Of a stretch of 64,000 bases of DNA, positions 1-10,078 are shown piece by piece. Within the stretch, counting starts at the first letter, position 1; each line of letters begins with the position of its first letter. The stretch comes from an uncultured Clostridia bacterium (lineage in GTDB: Bacteria > Bacillota > Clostridia > TANB77 > CAG-465): contig CALXEQ010000003.1 in the NCBI GenBank assembly GCA_944387375.1, positions 148,969 through 212,968 of the forward strand, given 5' to 3'. The notes under the pieces were generated by a model that saw only the letters and a list, made by a program, of their open reading frames with translations, was not told where the DNA came from and ran no database searches. The position numbers and the translations under genes are program-made.

Positions 1-185
1 TTTTCTAAATCTCCATTTTTTATTAAATTAATTACTGGACTTAATATTACTATTATCGTTACTATTCCCATTAAAGAATAAATGTATTTTTTTAATTTAG
101 TGTTAGGCACAATAATACGAATTACCGTAAATAGTATTCCTAAAGCTAGAATCATATTTATCCAGTTTCTAAATGTATCTAACAT
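1..185 (-). CDS. spoIIIAF: Stage III sporulation protein AF (partial, C-terminus beyond window start)
   Basis: ATG at 183-185 (rc) opens a frame that stays open to position 1. The product starts MLDTFRNWINMILALGILFTVIRIIVPNTKLKKYIYSLMGIVTIIVILSP, a small membrane protein. It sits immediately downstream of spoIIIAE in the spoIIIA operon order. Confidence 0.6.
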   Translation of the reverse strand, partial: MLDTFRNWINMILALGILFTVIRIIVPNTKLKKYIYSLMGIVTIIVILSPVINLIKNGDLE

Positions 186-195
186 AAAAATCCTC

Positions 196-1368
196 CTATC
201 CACTTACTGAACTTATTATACTTAATATAATTCCAGTAGACATTACAAAAAGAACCATTATCCCTATTAAAATTCCTAGCATATCTTTATATACTCCAAC
301 GAAACCTTTTAAAAAGCTTTCAATACTTTTATCTTCATTTATCGGCTCACTAACTGCTATTAAAATATTGTATAAAACTATTACAAAAACAAGTTTTATT
401 ATTGGAATACTTACTATAAGAATTGTGGCAATTAATGATACTATTCCCCCAACTTTTCCAATAGCTTCAGTTGCACCAAGTACTGTATCTAAACTATCCG
501 ATAGAAATTTTCCAACTACTGGTACAAAATTTGAAACCATATTTTGTGCTGTCTTAAAATACATAGAGTCGATAGATTTCGTAACAGAAGACTCCATAGA
601 AAGTACAAATAAAAATATTCCTATAATAGTTGTAAAAATATATAATGATGATTTTCTAAACATAGAAGATAAATTATCCATTTTTATATTCTCAGATATT
701 CTTGAGACTATATTAATTGCAACAGATATTGTAAAAAAAGGAATTACAATATATTCTGTAGCAAAACATATAAAATTTGCTATAAATAATAGTAAAGGTT
801 CAATTATTCCTGTAGATGTAATTTTACCTGTAGCCATGAGTATTCCTAAAAGAAATGTTGATACTATTTGCATAATATACCCAAGTATATTTACTATATT
901 TTTAAACATGGTAACTATATCTAAATAGTTCTTTAAAAGTAATGCGCTTATTGATATAACAATAACAAGTTTAGTTATCTTTACAACATCACTATCTTTA
1001 TCTAGCTCCAAACTTGTTACTATAGCCATTATAATTACTATAATAAAAATACTTGTTACACTACTTATTGAATTTTTTACCTCTTTAAAAATATTTCCTA
1101 CCAAACTATCTAATATATTTTCATATTGTATTCCATTACCAGATAGTAAATCATTATACAAAGAGCTTACATCAAATCCTTCTATATTATTTTCTGAAGC
1201 ATAATCTTCAAATATAGATAAAAAATTATCCATATTAAGACTATCTGCTATATCTTTTGTAACATCTTGAACATTTTCTTCCACATTTTCTTCTTGTATA
1301 GCTAATACATTATTTAAATAAAAAAATATACAAATTAAAAGCAAATATTTTAGTATTCTTTTTATCAT
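196..1368 (-). CDS. spoIIIAE: Stage III sporulation protein AE (polytopic membrane protein)
   Basis: 390 aa with a signal-like N-terminus and multiple TM segments. Size and position (fifth gene after spoIIIAA-AD) match SpoIIIAE. It overlaps spoIIIAD by 4 nt, typical operon coupling. Confidence 0.75.
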   Translation of the reverse strand: MIKRILKYLLLICIFFYLNNVLAIQEENVEENVQDVTKDIADSLNMDNFLSIFEDYASENNIEGFDVSSLYNDLLSGNGIQYENILDSLVGNIFKEVKNSISSVTSIFIIVIIMAIVTSLELDKDSDVVKITKLVIVISISALLLKNYLDIVTMFKNIVNILGYIMQIVSTFLLGILMATGKITSTGIIEPLLLFIANFICFATEYIVIPFFTISVAINIVSRISENIKMDNLSSMFRKSSLYIFTTIIGIFLFVLSMESSVTKSIDSMYFKTAQNMVSNFVPVVGKFLSDSLDTVLGATEAIGKVGGIVSLIATILIVSIPIIKLVFVIVLYNILIAVSEPINEDKSIESFLKGFVGVYKDMLGILIGIMVLFVMSTGIILSIISSVSG

Positions 1369-1748
1369 GCAATTGTTGATACTATTTCTAAAAGTGATGT
1401 TATAATTGGGATAGATAATGATACAATTATTACTTTTCCAGCTATTTCAATTTTATTTGCTATTGAACTTTCTCCAGCATCATTGCATATATTCTTTCCA
1501 AATTCAACTATATACGATATTCCAACAACCTTTAAAATTATCTTTAAGAAATTAATATCTATAGAAGAATTTTCTATTAATCTATTTAAAAGCTCTATAA
1601 CACTTGTAAGCTCATCAACTATAAATAACAGCATTATAATTGATGCTGCGACAACACACATAAGTGCCATTTCTGGTTTTTGGTTTTTAAGTATTATTAT
1701 TAAAGAAACTGATATTATACCAAATCCTACAATTTTAAAAATATTCAT
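1365..1748 (-). CDS. spoIIIAD: Stage III sporulation protein AD
   Basis: 127-aa hydrophobic protein at the fourth position of the operon. The size matches SpoIIIAD (~130 aa). Confidence 0.7.
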   Translation of the reverse strand: MNIFKIVGFGIISVSLIIILKNQKPEMALMCVVAASIIMLLFIVDELTSVIELLNRLIENSSIDINFLKIILKVVGISYIVEFGKNICNDAGESSIANKIEIAGKVIIVSLSIPIITSLLEIVSTIA

Positions 1749-1757
1749 AAAAACCTC

Positions 1758-1952
1758 CTATAAATTAAATGTATCTCTTACTGTATTAAATAATTCACTA
1801 ATTTTTGATATAACCATCATTAACACAATAATTACACCAGTTAATGTTGTCATCATAGCTTGATCTTCTCTGCCAGCTTTAGATAATACTTGATTTAAAA
1901 CAGCTACAAGTATACCTACACCTGCTATCTTAAATAATAAATCTATATCCAT
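1758..1952 (-). CDS. spoIIIAC: Stage III sporulation protein AC
   Basis: 64-aa two-TM protein (MDIDLLFKIAGVGILVAVLNQVLSKAGREDQ...). The size and position are diagnostic of SpoIIIAC. Confidence 0.7.
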   Translation of the reverse strand: MDIDLLFKIAGVGILVAVLNQVLSKAGREDQAMMTTLTGVIIVLMMVISKISELFNTVRDTFNL

Positions 1953-1964
1953 ACTTATTCCTCC

Positions 1965-2480
1965 TTATATGAATATAATCACAATCATTAGCCCTGTAAT
2001 AACACCTATTGTTTTATATACTTTAGAATTTTTATTTTTTATTTCGTTTGCCTCTTTAATTTGTTTATTTATTATAGTTATTCCATTTTCTATTATATTG
2101 TATTGCGACTCTAAATCACTCCTTCCAAGATTTTTTAAAGTAGAAATTATTATTTCTTTATCATAATCGTTTAGACACTTTATTGAATTAATATTATTTG
2201 TTATACTTGCATCTATTTTCTCTACACCAAACTCAGACATATCCAGTGAAATTGCTCCAAGTACGTTTTTAAGTTCAGTATTTAATCTTTGTCTTGACAT
2301 CTCATAAGCAGTGGGTAAGCTATTTAACATATACATCATTTCATTTTGAACAAGTCTTAAAAATGTTATCATATCAGTTAAAATCTCTTCTCTAGATTTT
2401 AAAGCTCCTGCCATTTCTATTCCAATATAAGATGTAATAAAAAGTATAACAATAGATATAATTATTTTTATAAAAATCAT
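1965..2480 (-). CDS. spoIIIAB: Stage III sporulation protein AB
   Basis: 171 aa with an N-terminal TM. It matches SpoIIIAB in size (171 aa in B. subtilis) and position, and overlaps spoIIIAA by 4 nt. Confidence 0.7.
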   Translation of the reverse strand: MIFIKIIISIVILFITSYIGIEMAGALKSREEILTDMITFLRLVQNEMMYMLNSLPTAYEMSRQRLNTELKNVLGAISLDMSEFGVEKIDASITNNINSIKCLNDYDKEIIISTLKNLGRSDLESQYNIIENGITIINKQIKEANEIKNKNSKVYKTIGVITGLMIVIIFI

Positions 2481-3394
2481 GCAACACCTCCAAGTTTAGA
2501 AGTATCATAAATTTTTTCAACAATACCCGGTATTTTGCCACTTGAAAGTAAAACAATTTTAGCAAAAACATTAGAATCAATAAGTTCCTTTATCTCTTTA
2601 TTTTTTAATATACTATTTAAAGAGTCACCATGCATAGTAAAAATAACACTTACACCAGAAAGTACTGCTTCTTTAATTGCAGCTATATCATCCTCATTTC
2701 CTATCTCATCTGTTGCTATAACTTCTGGTGCCATAGAACGTACCATCATCTTCATGCCTGTAGCTTTACTTGCATTACTCATCACATCAGTTCTTACTCC
2801 AACATCAAGACTTGCTACTCCTTCATATACTGATGCTATTTCTCCTCTCTCATCTATTAAAGATACGTTTTTGCCTTTTAAATTAAGTTTTGGAACTCCA
2901 TTACTTACTTGTCTTACAATGTCTCTAATTAATGTAGTTTTACCACAGCCAGGTGGCGAAACTATAAGAGTATTTAAAATTCTTCCATTTTCTACTATAT
3001 ATGGTAAAATCTTATCTGCACATCCATATACTTGCCTTGCTACACGTATATTTAATGCACATATATTTTTAATATTTTTTATTTTTCCATCAACATATAC
3101 TACCTCTCCACTTATTCCAATTCTATGACCGCCTCTAATTATGACAAAACCATTATTTATATCATTTTGTATAGCATATATAGAATTTTTAGAAATATTT
3201 AATAATACCTCTAATATTGCCTTAGTAGTAACTATACATTCTAAAACAATTTCTGTATTTATACATCTTAATATCGCCTTACTCCTACTTCTTAATCTAA
3301 TTTCTGTTATATTCTGAGCACAATTTATTCTAACAATTTCACTTGATATATATTTAGGAAGTACTTTTAATATTTCCTCTATCATATACTTCAC
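2477..3394 (-). CDS. spoIIIAA: Stage III sporulation protein AA (secretion-type ATPase)
   Basis: 305 aa with Walker A in IVSPPGCGKTTLIRDI, matching the SpoIIIAA signature ISPPGxGKTTLLRD. It is the first gene of the operon. Confidence 0.85.
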   Translation of the reverse strand: MKYMIEEILKVLPKYISSEIVRINCAQNITEIRLRSRSKAILRCINTEIVLECIVTTKAILEVLLNISKNSIYAIQNDINNGFVIIRGGHRIGISGEVVYVDGKIKNIKNICALNIRVARQVYGCADKILPYIVENGRILNTLIVSPPGCGKTTLIRDIVRQVSNGVPKLNLKGKNVSLIDERGEIASVYEGVASLDVGVRTDVMSNASKATGMKMMVRSMAPEVIATDEIGNEDDIAAIKEAVLSGVSVIFTMHGDSLNSILKNKEIKELIDSNVFAKIVLLSSGKIPGIVEKIYDTSKLGGVA

Positions 3395-3481
3395 CTCTTA
3401 GATACAATAGTTATACTCCTATATAAAAAAATTTTTTGTAGAAATATATTATATAAATATAAAAATAAATTCTAAATTTAG

Positions 3482-3510
3482 CAAAAAAAGAATGTAGTTT
3501 AATAACTACA
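3482..3510 (-). terminator. Putative rho-independent terminator downstream of the SNF2 helicase gene
   Basis: Inverted repeat TGTAGTT/AACTACA (3493-3499 / 3504-3510). An A7 run at 3483-3489 gives the U-tract on the minus transcript. It is located 55 nt after the stop at 3566. Confidence 0.4.
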
Positions 3511-3565
3511 CTCTAAATTGCAAATAATATATTTTTATAATTAAATTAATATCTGATTTATTGTC

Positions 3566-6500
3566 TTAATTAAGTAAATCTAATATTTCTTCTTTTGTCA
3601 TTTGAGATATAAATGTCTCACCTGTTTTTATAACAGAATCTGTTAAATCTTTTTTTCTATCTTGAAGTTTTTGTATTTTTTCTTCAATACTGTTTTCACA
3701 TATTAACTTAAATACTTGTACATTATTTCTTTGACCTATTCTATATGCTCTATCTGTTGCTTGATTTTGCGCAGATAAATTCCACCATGGATCATAGTGA
3801 ATAACCATATCTGCCCCTGTAAGATTAAGTCCTGTTCCACCTGCTTTTAAAGAAATTAAAAATACTTTTATATTATCATCTTTATTGAATTCATCTACCA
3901 TTTCAATTCTTGTATCTACTTTTGTTTGACCTGTTAAAATAGAATATTCTATTCCTCTTTTTTCTAGCTCTTTTGTTAATATATCAAACATAGAAGTAAA
4001 TCCTGAAAATAATAAAATTTTATGCTTTGCTGCTATTGCACCCTCAATTATTTCTAGACATTGGTTTAACTTTGCACTTTCCCCATCATAATCTTCTAAA
4101 AATAACTTTGGATGACAACAAATTTGTCTAAGTCTTGTAATTAAAGATAATATCTTAAATCTACTCTGTTCAAATCCATTAGCTTCTATTTCTTGTCTCA
4201 TTTTTACCTTTGCTAAAGCTAAATATGAATTATATAGTTTTTGTTGTTCATCATCCATTTTACTATACATTATTTGCTCCGTTTTATCTGGTAACTCTTT
4301 TAATACATCCCTTTTAATACGTCTTAGTACAAATGGTGCTACAAGTCTTTGTAATTTATTCATTACAATTTTATCATTTTCTTTTATTATAAGTGTTTCA
4401 AACTCATCTTTAAACTTTTTATATGTATATAAGTATCCAGGCATTATAAAATCAAATATAGACCAAAGCTCTGCTAAAGAATTCTCTATTGGTGTACCAG
4501 TAAGAGCAAATCTTACTTCACTTTTTAAGTCTTTTAATGCTTTAGCGTTTTTAGTATTATTATTTTTTATATACTGTGCTTCATCCGCAATTACATACTT
4601 AAATCTATAATTTTTATATTTTTCTATATCTCTTTTTAACAGATCATATGAAGTTATTACAACATCATAATCTGATATTTTTTCTATAAGGTTTTCTCTT
4701 TGATCAGCATTTCCAGATATAATTAAAGTCTTCATATTATTTGAAAATCTTTTTATCTCTTTTTCCCAGTTAATATATAGTGAACTTGGACATACAACAA
4801 TAGATGTTTTAGAAGTTCTTTTCTTCTCATCAAGAAGTAATGCTATTATTTGTATAGTTTTTCCAAGCCCCATATCATCAGCAAGTATACCTCCAAAGCC
4901 ATATTTTTCCAATGTCTTTAACCAATTAAATCCAGTCTTTTGATATTCTCTTAATACTCCTTTTAACTCTTCTGGTTCTTCATATTTTACATCTTCTATA
5001 TCTTTTATATTTTTAACAATATCTTTAAATTTATCATCTAATTTTATTGCTAAATCTGAATCATTATTTTTAGCTAATCCATCTATATATAACGCTCTAT
5101 ATGTAGGTATTTCTACCTCTCCTTTTACAATGTCTTTTTCTGTTATATTCAAAGTTTTAGCTAAATTTACAAGTGAACCTATTCCATTTGAATCTATATT
5201 TATAAAGCTACCATTTTTTAGTCTATAATATTTTTTCTTTAATTTATATCTCTTAAATATATCTTTAAGCTCATTTTCATCAAGCCCTAAATCATCAAAA
5301 TCTATTTCTAAGAAATTATTATCTATTCTTACTCCAATATTAAATGTTTTCTGAGTTATAATCTGTCTGTTTTTTAATTTATCTGTAACTAAAACTTCAA
5401 ACTTTTCCATAAATTTATTTATACCTTCTGTTAAAAAAGTATAAATATCATCTTCATTAGAAAGATAAATTATATGTTTCTTAAAATTTATAACAAAATT
5501 ATATAACTTAAATAATTCTTTTGCTCTTGCTTCTTCAATTATATTTCTATTACAAGTAACCTTCAAATCTTTATCAAAAGGATTAAACTCATCATCACCA
5601 TAGCAAAATTTTACCTCAGCTACAATATTACCTTTATTATCTATATCTAAAAATATTTTTGTACCTAAATTTTCAGCTTTATATTTTTCTAAAAGCTCTT
5701 CTGCTACCACAATATTAGTACTATTTTTAAGCGCTGGAATTACATATTCACAAAAACTTGTAGCACTATTTTTAGAAATTGTAATTTTCCCTTCTGGATC
5801 ATTAGATAATTTTTCCATAAGCGGTAATACTTTGGCCTTAAAATCTTCACTACATCTATGTAATTTATCTTTATATAACACATATGAATAGTCTTGTCCA
5901 TCAAAAACATAATATTTGTCACTATTGGTAAGTACTTCTATTCCTTCATCTTGTTTATCTATAATTTCAACATCAAACGAAGGATCTTCATCTATTAAAG
6001 TTACCATGCCATATGCTTTTTCATATTCATAGCCATCTATTACTATTTTTTGATCTTTTAAAATCTCAAAAATTTCATCTAATAGCGAATACTTTAGTTT
6101 AAAATTAGTTTTATATCTTTTACTTAATGTAAAATGATATGTTCCAAGTTTTGAGAATTCATTGTATTCTAAAGATTTTGCAACTATTAGTTTAGCTAAC
6201 GACTGTGAATTTTTTGTAAATGATTCTATTGAATGTTTAAATTCTAGTTCTTTTCCATATTTTACTACATTTCCTTTTTGTATATCTTCACTAAATTTAT
6301 ATAAATCTCTTAAAATATACATTCTATCTTTTCCTATTTTAAAAGATATTTCTAATTCTTTTTTCATATCATTTACAAGATATAGTATAGCTTGTATGTC
6401 TATGCTTTCTTTATCTATATTTCTATTTAATTCTAAGTTTTCATAATATGCCATAAGACCATTGTTTTCACGTTGCTCATTTATTTTATCTTTATATGAT

Positions 6501-6862
6501 TTATTATCTATAACATCATCGTCAATATTTGTTGATTCACTATTTTTATCATAATTAATATATGATGATTCATTAATATACATATCAAAAATCATAGCTA
6601 CAACATGCTTACAAGGTGTATCTTTTTTAGATGAAGATGGACATTCACACTTATATGAAAGTACGCCATTTTTCTTTTTTATTTCTACTTCATAAATGTA
6701 TGTTCCCTCAACATATGCTTTTGCAATATAGTTATTTTCAGATACGAAATTAAAATCTGCAACTTTTACTCTATTTTGCTCAAAATATTTTTTTCCCCTA
6801 TTTGTAACTTCTGTTCCTGCATCAAACAAAATATCATTTATTTCTTCTGCATTTATTAACAT
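3566..6862 (-). CDS. SWIM zinc-finger / SNF2-family helicase (RapA/YwqA-like)
   Basis: 1098 aa. The N-terminus carries a SWIM-type CxCx(n)CxH motif (YKCECPSSSKKDTPCKHVVAM). The central part has SNF2_N motifs GGILADDMGLGKT, DEAQYIKN and LTGTPIEN, and the C-terminus has a helicase C domain (LISLKAGGTGLNLTGADMVIHYDPWWN, QATDRAYRIGQ). Confidence 0.85.
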   Translation of the reverse strand: MLINAEEINDILFDAGTEVTNRGKKYFEQNRVKVADFNFVSENNYIAKAYVEGTYIYEVEIKKKNGVLSYKCECPSSSKKDTPCKHVVAMIFDMYINESSYINYDKNSESTNIDDDVIDNKSYKDKINEQRENNGLMAYYENLELNRNIDKESIDIQAILYLVNDMKKELEISFKIGKDRMYILRDLYKFSEDIQKGNVVKYGKELEFKHSIESFTKNSQSLAKLIVAKSLEYNEFSKLGTYHFTLSKRYKTNFKLKYSLLDEIFEILKDQKIVIDGYEYEKAYGMVTLIDEDPSFDVEIIDKQDEGIEVLTNSDKYYVFDGQDYSYVLYKDKLHRCSEDFKAKVLPLMEKLSNDPEGKITISKNSATSFCEYVIPALKNSTNIVVAEELLEKYKAENLGTKIFLDIDNKGNIVAEVKFCYGDDEFNPFDKDLKVTCNRNIIEEARAKELFKLYNFVINFKKHIIYLSNEDDIYTFLTEGINKFMEKFEVLVTDKLKNRQIITQKTFNIGVRIDNNFLEIDFDDLGLDENELKDIFKRYKLKKKYYRLKNGSFINIDSNGIGSLVNLAKTLNITEKDIVKGEVEIPTYRALYIDGLAKNNDSDLAIKLDDKFKDIVKNIKDIEDVKYEEPEELKGVLREYQKTGFNWLKTLEKYGFGGILADDMGLGKTIQIIALLLDEKKRTSKTSIVVCPSSLYINWEKEIKRFSNNMKTLIISGNADQRENLIEKISDYDVVITSYDLLKRDIEKYKNYRFKYVIADEAQYIKNNNTKNAKALKDLKSEVRFALTGTPIENSLAELWSIFDFIMPGYLYTYKKFKDEFETLIIKENDKIVMNKLQRLVAPFVLRRIKRDVLKELPDKTEQIMYSKMDDEQQKLYNSYLALAKVKMRQEIEANGFEQSRFKILSLITRLRQICCHPKLFLEDYDGESAKLNQCLEIIEGAIAAKHKILLFSGFTSMFDILTKELEKRGIEYSILTGQTKVDTRIEMVDEFNKDDNIKVFLISLKAGGTGLNLTGADMVIHYDPWWNLSAQNQATDRAYRIGQRNNVQVFKLICENSIEEKIQKLQDRKKDLTDSVIKTGETFISQMTKEEILDLLN

Positions 6863-7069
6863 TACTTCATCTCCTATAAAAAAAACATATTACCTATAAT
6901 ATAAAATTCGATTTATCTCATAACTTATATTATACTATAAATTCATTAATTTGTGAATGATTTATGTTAATTTTAGCAAAATTAATTAGCTTATTACCAT
7001 ATTTTTATAAAAAAGACTTAAATTAAACAAAATTTAATCTAAGCCTTTAAAATATTTTCTATAATTAGT

Positions 7070-8692
7070 TTATTTTAATTTTTCATATAATACTTGCCAA
7101 ATATCTGAAGTTTCAAATCCTTTTTGCCATGCAGTTATTCCAGCTAAATTATAATTTAACACTGTATCTGCTCGTTTAGCTATTGAATATGCGTCTTCTA
7201 TCCATAATTTATATGTTTTATCATCTTCCCTTAGTTCAACATAATGTTGACCAGACTGTTCATCTACTTGAACTTCAAGTCCATGTTCTTGTATAAATTC
7301 TTGTGAGCCTTGCATACTACATACAGTTGTACTAATATCTCCACTAGCATCTATCTCCCAAAGTCTTGTATAAAAAGGTACACCAAGTATTATTTTAGAA
7401 GAAGGGATATTCGAATCTTCTATTAAAGAATTTACATTTTCTTCTACCCAATCTATTTCTGAAATCGAACCTGCCTCATCTGACCAATTTCCTCTTTGAT
7501 CATATCCCATAAGCATTACATAATCACATGCTTTTCCTACACCTTGTCTATCTATATAGTTTGTAAAGTATATATCTACAGAAAGCTTTGCACCTATTTC
7601 TCTTACCATAGGATATAATTCTCTTAAAAATTGAGTATACATATATTTGTCTTCTTCTTTCATTCCTTCAAAATCTATATTAATTCCATCAAGTTTATTA
7701 TCTTTAATTACTTTTACTATATTTTTAATTAAAGTCTCTCTTTTTTGTTCGTCATTCATTATTTGTGATGTAGCTTCTTTTTTATCAAAATCTTCCTGAT
7801 CAAATCCATTTGTTATAATAGGCCATATTTGATATCCATAAGATTTCGCTCTTTCATAATAATCTTTACTATATTCATCTTCAACATTGCCATTTGCATC
7901 AGATATTGAATACCATGTAGGCATAACAACATTTACACCCTCTATCTTATCTCCAAGAGTTTCAAGACTACTTCCATATTGCCAAAACATTATTAGTTTC
8001 TCGTTTTCTTGTTCTTCTTGAATATTATCCAAAGTATCATCCAAAAGTGTTACAGAAGATTTATCTACATATCCAATTTTTCCACTATCACTTTTTACTT
8101 TATACCATCTATTATGATTTAAGCTATCTTCATATACAAACACTGTATTATCTTTATTTAAAGTTTCTAAAACTTGTGAAGATGTATCTATATCACTATA
8201 TAATTTAACGCCATTATAATTTAAATTAATATCATTTAAATCTCTTCTATCTATTGATATTGTATTTAGTTCTTCATTGTATTCTGTTTTTATATTATAT
8301 ATATCCTTTAACAAAGAAATATTTATATATATTTCATCATTTATATATTTTGCACATGTTCCAATATCATATTCCTCAAAGTTTCTTGTAGCTTGATTAT
8401 TTTTTAAATCAAATTTATATACATAATCTTGATTTGTTATTATTACTTTTTGCATCTTTTCATCAAAATAAATATCTTCATCTATAAAACTTGATATTGT
8501 ATCAAAAGATATATATATATTGTCATCTTCTAAAATTGGAACATACTTTTCATCTATATTATCTCCAAATATTACTAATTTAGAGTTACTATTACTATTT
8601 AAAATAGTATTATATTGTACCATATTAAATAAAGTGACTATTACAATAAATAGCACAAAACATGTTAAAACACCTATAATTTTTTCTTTCAT
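7070..8692 (-). CDS. GH18 family peptidoglycan/chitin hydrolase with SH3b-like and stalk domains (YdhD/YaaH/SleL-like spore hydrolase)
   Basis: 540 aa. The N-terminal signal anchor is followed by a Cu-amine-oxidase-N-like stalk region and an SH3b-like segment (WYKVKSDSGKIGYVDKSSV). The GH18 catalytic motif DGINIDFE (DxxDxDxE) is present. Confidence 0.7.
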   Translation of the reverse strand: MKEKIIGVLTCFVLFIVIVTLFNMVQYNTILNSNSNSKLVIFGDNIDEKYVPILEDDNIYISFDTISSFIDEDIYFDEKMQKVIITNQDYVYKFDLKNNQATRNFEEYDIGTCAKYINDEIYINISLLKDIYNIKTEYNEELNTISIDRRDLNDINLNYNGVKLYSDIDTSSQVLETLNKDNTVFVYEDSLNHNRWYKVKSDSGKIGYVDKSSVTLLDDTLDNIQEEQENEKLIMFWQYGSSLETLGDKIEGVNVVMPTWYSISDANGNVEDEYSKDYYERAKSYGYQIWPIITNGFDQEDFDKKEATSQIMNDEQKRETLIKNIVKVIKDNKLDGINIDFEGMKEEDKYMYTQFLRELYPMVREIGAKLSVDIYFTNYIDRQGVGKACDYVMLMGYDQRGNWSDEAGSISEIDWVEENVNSLIEDSNIPSSKIILGVPFYTRLWEIDASGDISTTVCSMQGSQEFIQEHGLEVQVDEQSGQHYVELREDDKTYKLWIEDAYSIAKRADTVLNYNLAGITAWQKGFETSDIWQVLYEKLK

Positions 8693-8857
8693 AACTTACC
8701 TCATTACATATGTTCATTATACTATAAAACGAATTATTTGTGAAGAAGTTTACACTATTTTATAATTAATACAAAATTTTCAATGTATTATTTATTTAAT
8801 TTTGGTAATAATACTAATAGTATATAGTATTTTTTGATAGGGCTATATACTGTATTA

Positions 8858-8884
8858 CCTATAAAAGGCGGTATACCACCGCCT
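8858..8884 (-). terminator. Rho-independent terminator overlapping the ddl stop
   Basis: Hairpin GGCGGT-ATACC-ACCGCC (8866-8882), flanked by an A4 run at 8862-8865 and a T7 run at 8889-8895. It is bidirectional in appearance. Confidence 0.55.
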
Positions 8885-10063
8885 TTATTTTTTTGCTGTC
8901 ATATTTAAAATATTAACATTTGTAGAATAAGTTATTTTATTTCTTCTTTCTTGTCTTTTTATTGCAATTCTTATAGCTTTATCTAAAAGCTCACTAAATT
9001 TTACCCCTTTAGGTTCCCATAGATAAAAAGATAAAGATCCAGGAATTGTATTTATTTCATTTACATATATTTCATTATTATCTCCATCTAATATAAAATC
9101 TATTCTTGATATTCCCTCACAATTAAGTAATTTAAATGTATTTTTAGCTAAATTATATATTTCATCTTCTTGGTCTTTATCAAGCTGTGCTGGTATTTTT
9201 CTTGTAAGAGATGCCATACCAGAAGATTTTCCTCCCATTTTAGACAATTTTCCACCTTTTCCATTTCCTAAATATTTATCTTTATAACTTAATATTTCAT
9301 CTTCTTTTATTGGCTCTTCAAGAACTGACACTTCTTGAGAAGAAAAGTCTCCAACTACTGAACAATTAATTTCTCTTAGATTTGTAATGCATCTTTCAAT
9401 CAAAACATTTTCACAAAACTCAAATACTTGTTGCATTTTAGGTACAAATTCTTTCTCATCTTTTATTATTTCTATTCCAACACTTGAGCCTAAATTTGCT
9501 GGTTTTACTATTATAGGTAATGATAGTTTATCTTTTATTTTTTCAAAAGCTTTTTTAGAATCTTGCTCAAATTCTGAAATATTTAAAGTATCATATTCTA
9601 CAACAGGTATATTAGATGACTCTAGAACTTTTTTAAATATTATCTTATTCATTCCAACAGCAGATGAGCATACATCACATCCAACATACGGAATATTATA
9701 CATTTCTAAAAATCCTTCAAGTGTTCCATCTTCTACATTTAATCCATGCACTACTGGAAATACAATATCTATTTTAAATAATACTTTTTTAAATATTCCA
9801 TCCTTTTTATTAACTAGTAAACTTCCGTTTTCATGGGTAAAATATACCTCATCTGATAATCTAACTATTTCATCTAAATCTTTATATCTATTAATATCAC
9901 TCAAAAATTCAGATGAATAAAATTTATTATCTTTAGATATGTAAATAGGAATAATATCATATTTTTCTTTATCTAAATTCTCAACTACTTGTAGAGCAGA
10001 TATTATAGATACTTCATGTTCTACACTTTTTCCTCCAAAAAAAACACCAATTACTGTTTTCAT
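8885..10063 (-). CDS. ddl: D-alanine--D-alanine ligase (ATP-grasp) with extended Gly/Lys-rich omega-loop insertion
   Basis: The N-terminus MKTVIGVFFGGKSVEHEVSIISA matches the Ddl start, and the C-terminus has RIDFILDGDNNEIYVNEINTIPG. At 392 aa it is longer than typical Ddl because of a ~25-aa Gly/Lys-rich insertion (GNGKGGKLSKMGGKSSGMASLTRK) before IPAQL. Confidence 0.8.
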   Translation of the reverse strand: MKTVIGVFFGGKSVEHEVSIISALQVVENLDKEKYDIIPIYISKDNKFYSSEFLSDINRYKDLDEIVRLSDEVYFTHENGSLLVNKKDGIFKKVLFKIDIVFPVVHGLNVEDGTLEGFLEMYNIPYVGCDVCSSAVGMNKIIFKKVLESSNIPVVEYDTLNISEFEQDSKKAFEKIKDKLSLPIIVKPANLGSSVGIEIIKDEKEFVPKMQQVFEFCENVLIERCITNLREINCSVVGDFSSQEVSVLEEPIKEDEILSYKDKYLGNGKGGKLSKMGGKSSGMASLTRKIPAQLDKDQEDEIYNLAKNTFKLLNCEGISRIDFILDGDNNEIYVNEINTIPGSLSFYLWEPKGVKFSELLDKAIRIAIKRQERRNKITYSTNVNILNMTAKK

Positions 10064-10078
10064 AATTTTTCACCCTTT

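Noticed and set aside
368-928. 186-aa plus-strand ORF
   Set aside because: It lies entirely inside spoIIIAE on the opposite strand and has no RBS, so it is an antisense artefact. The same reasoning applies to 1483-1863, 1969-2166, 2535-3128 and 2630-2833 opposite spoIIIAD to spoIIIAA.
3395-3480. Attempt to place a sigma-E/sigma-G type promoter upstream of spoIIIAA
   Set aside because: The region is ~85% AT, and several ATATT/CATA-like words occur at non-consensus spacing. I could not place -35/-10 elements with confidence.
5740-6446. Short ORFs (60 and 94 aa) inside the SNF2 helicase gene
   Set aside because: They are same-region alternative-frame or antisense ORFs within a well-supported 1098-aa CDS.
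3566-6862. SNF2 helicase as part of a DISARM/defence island
   Set aside because: It is monocistronic with its own terminator and the partner genes are absent. Its domain layout matches YwqA/RapA-type housekeeping remodellers.
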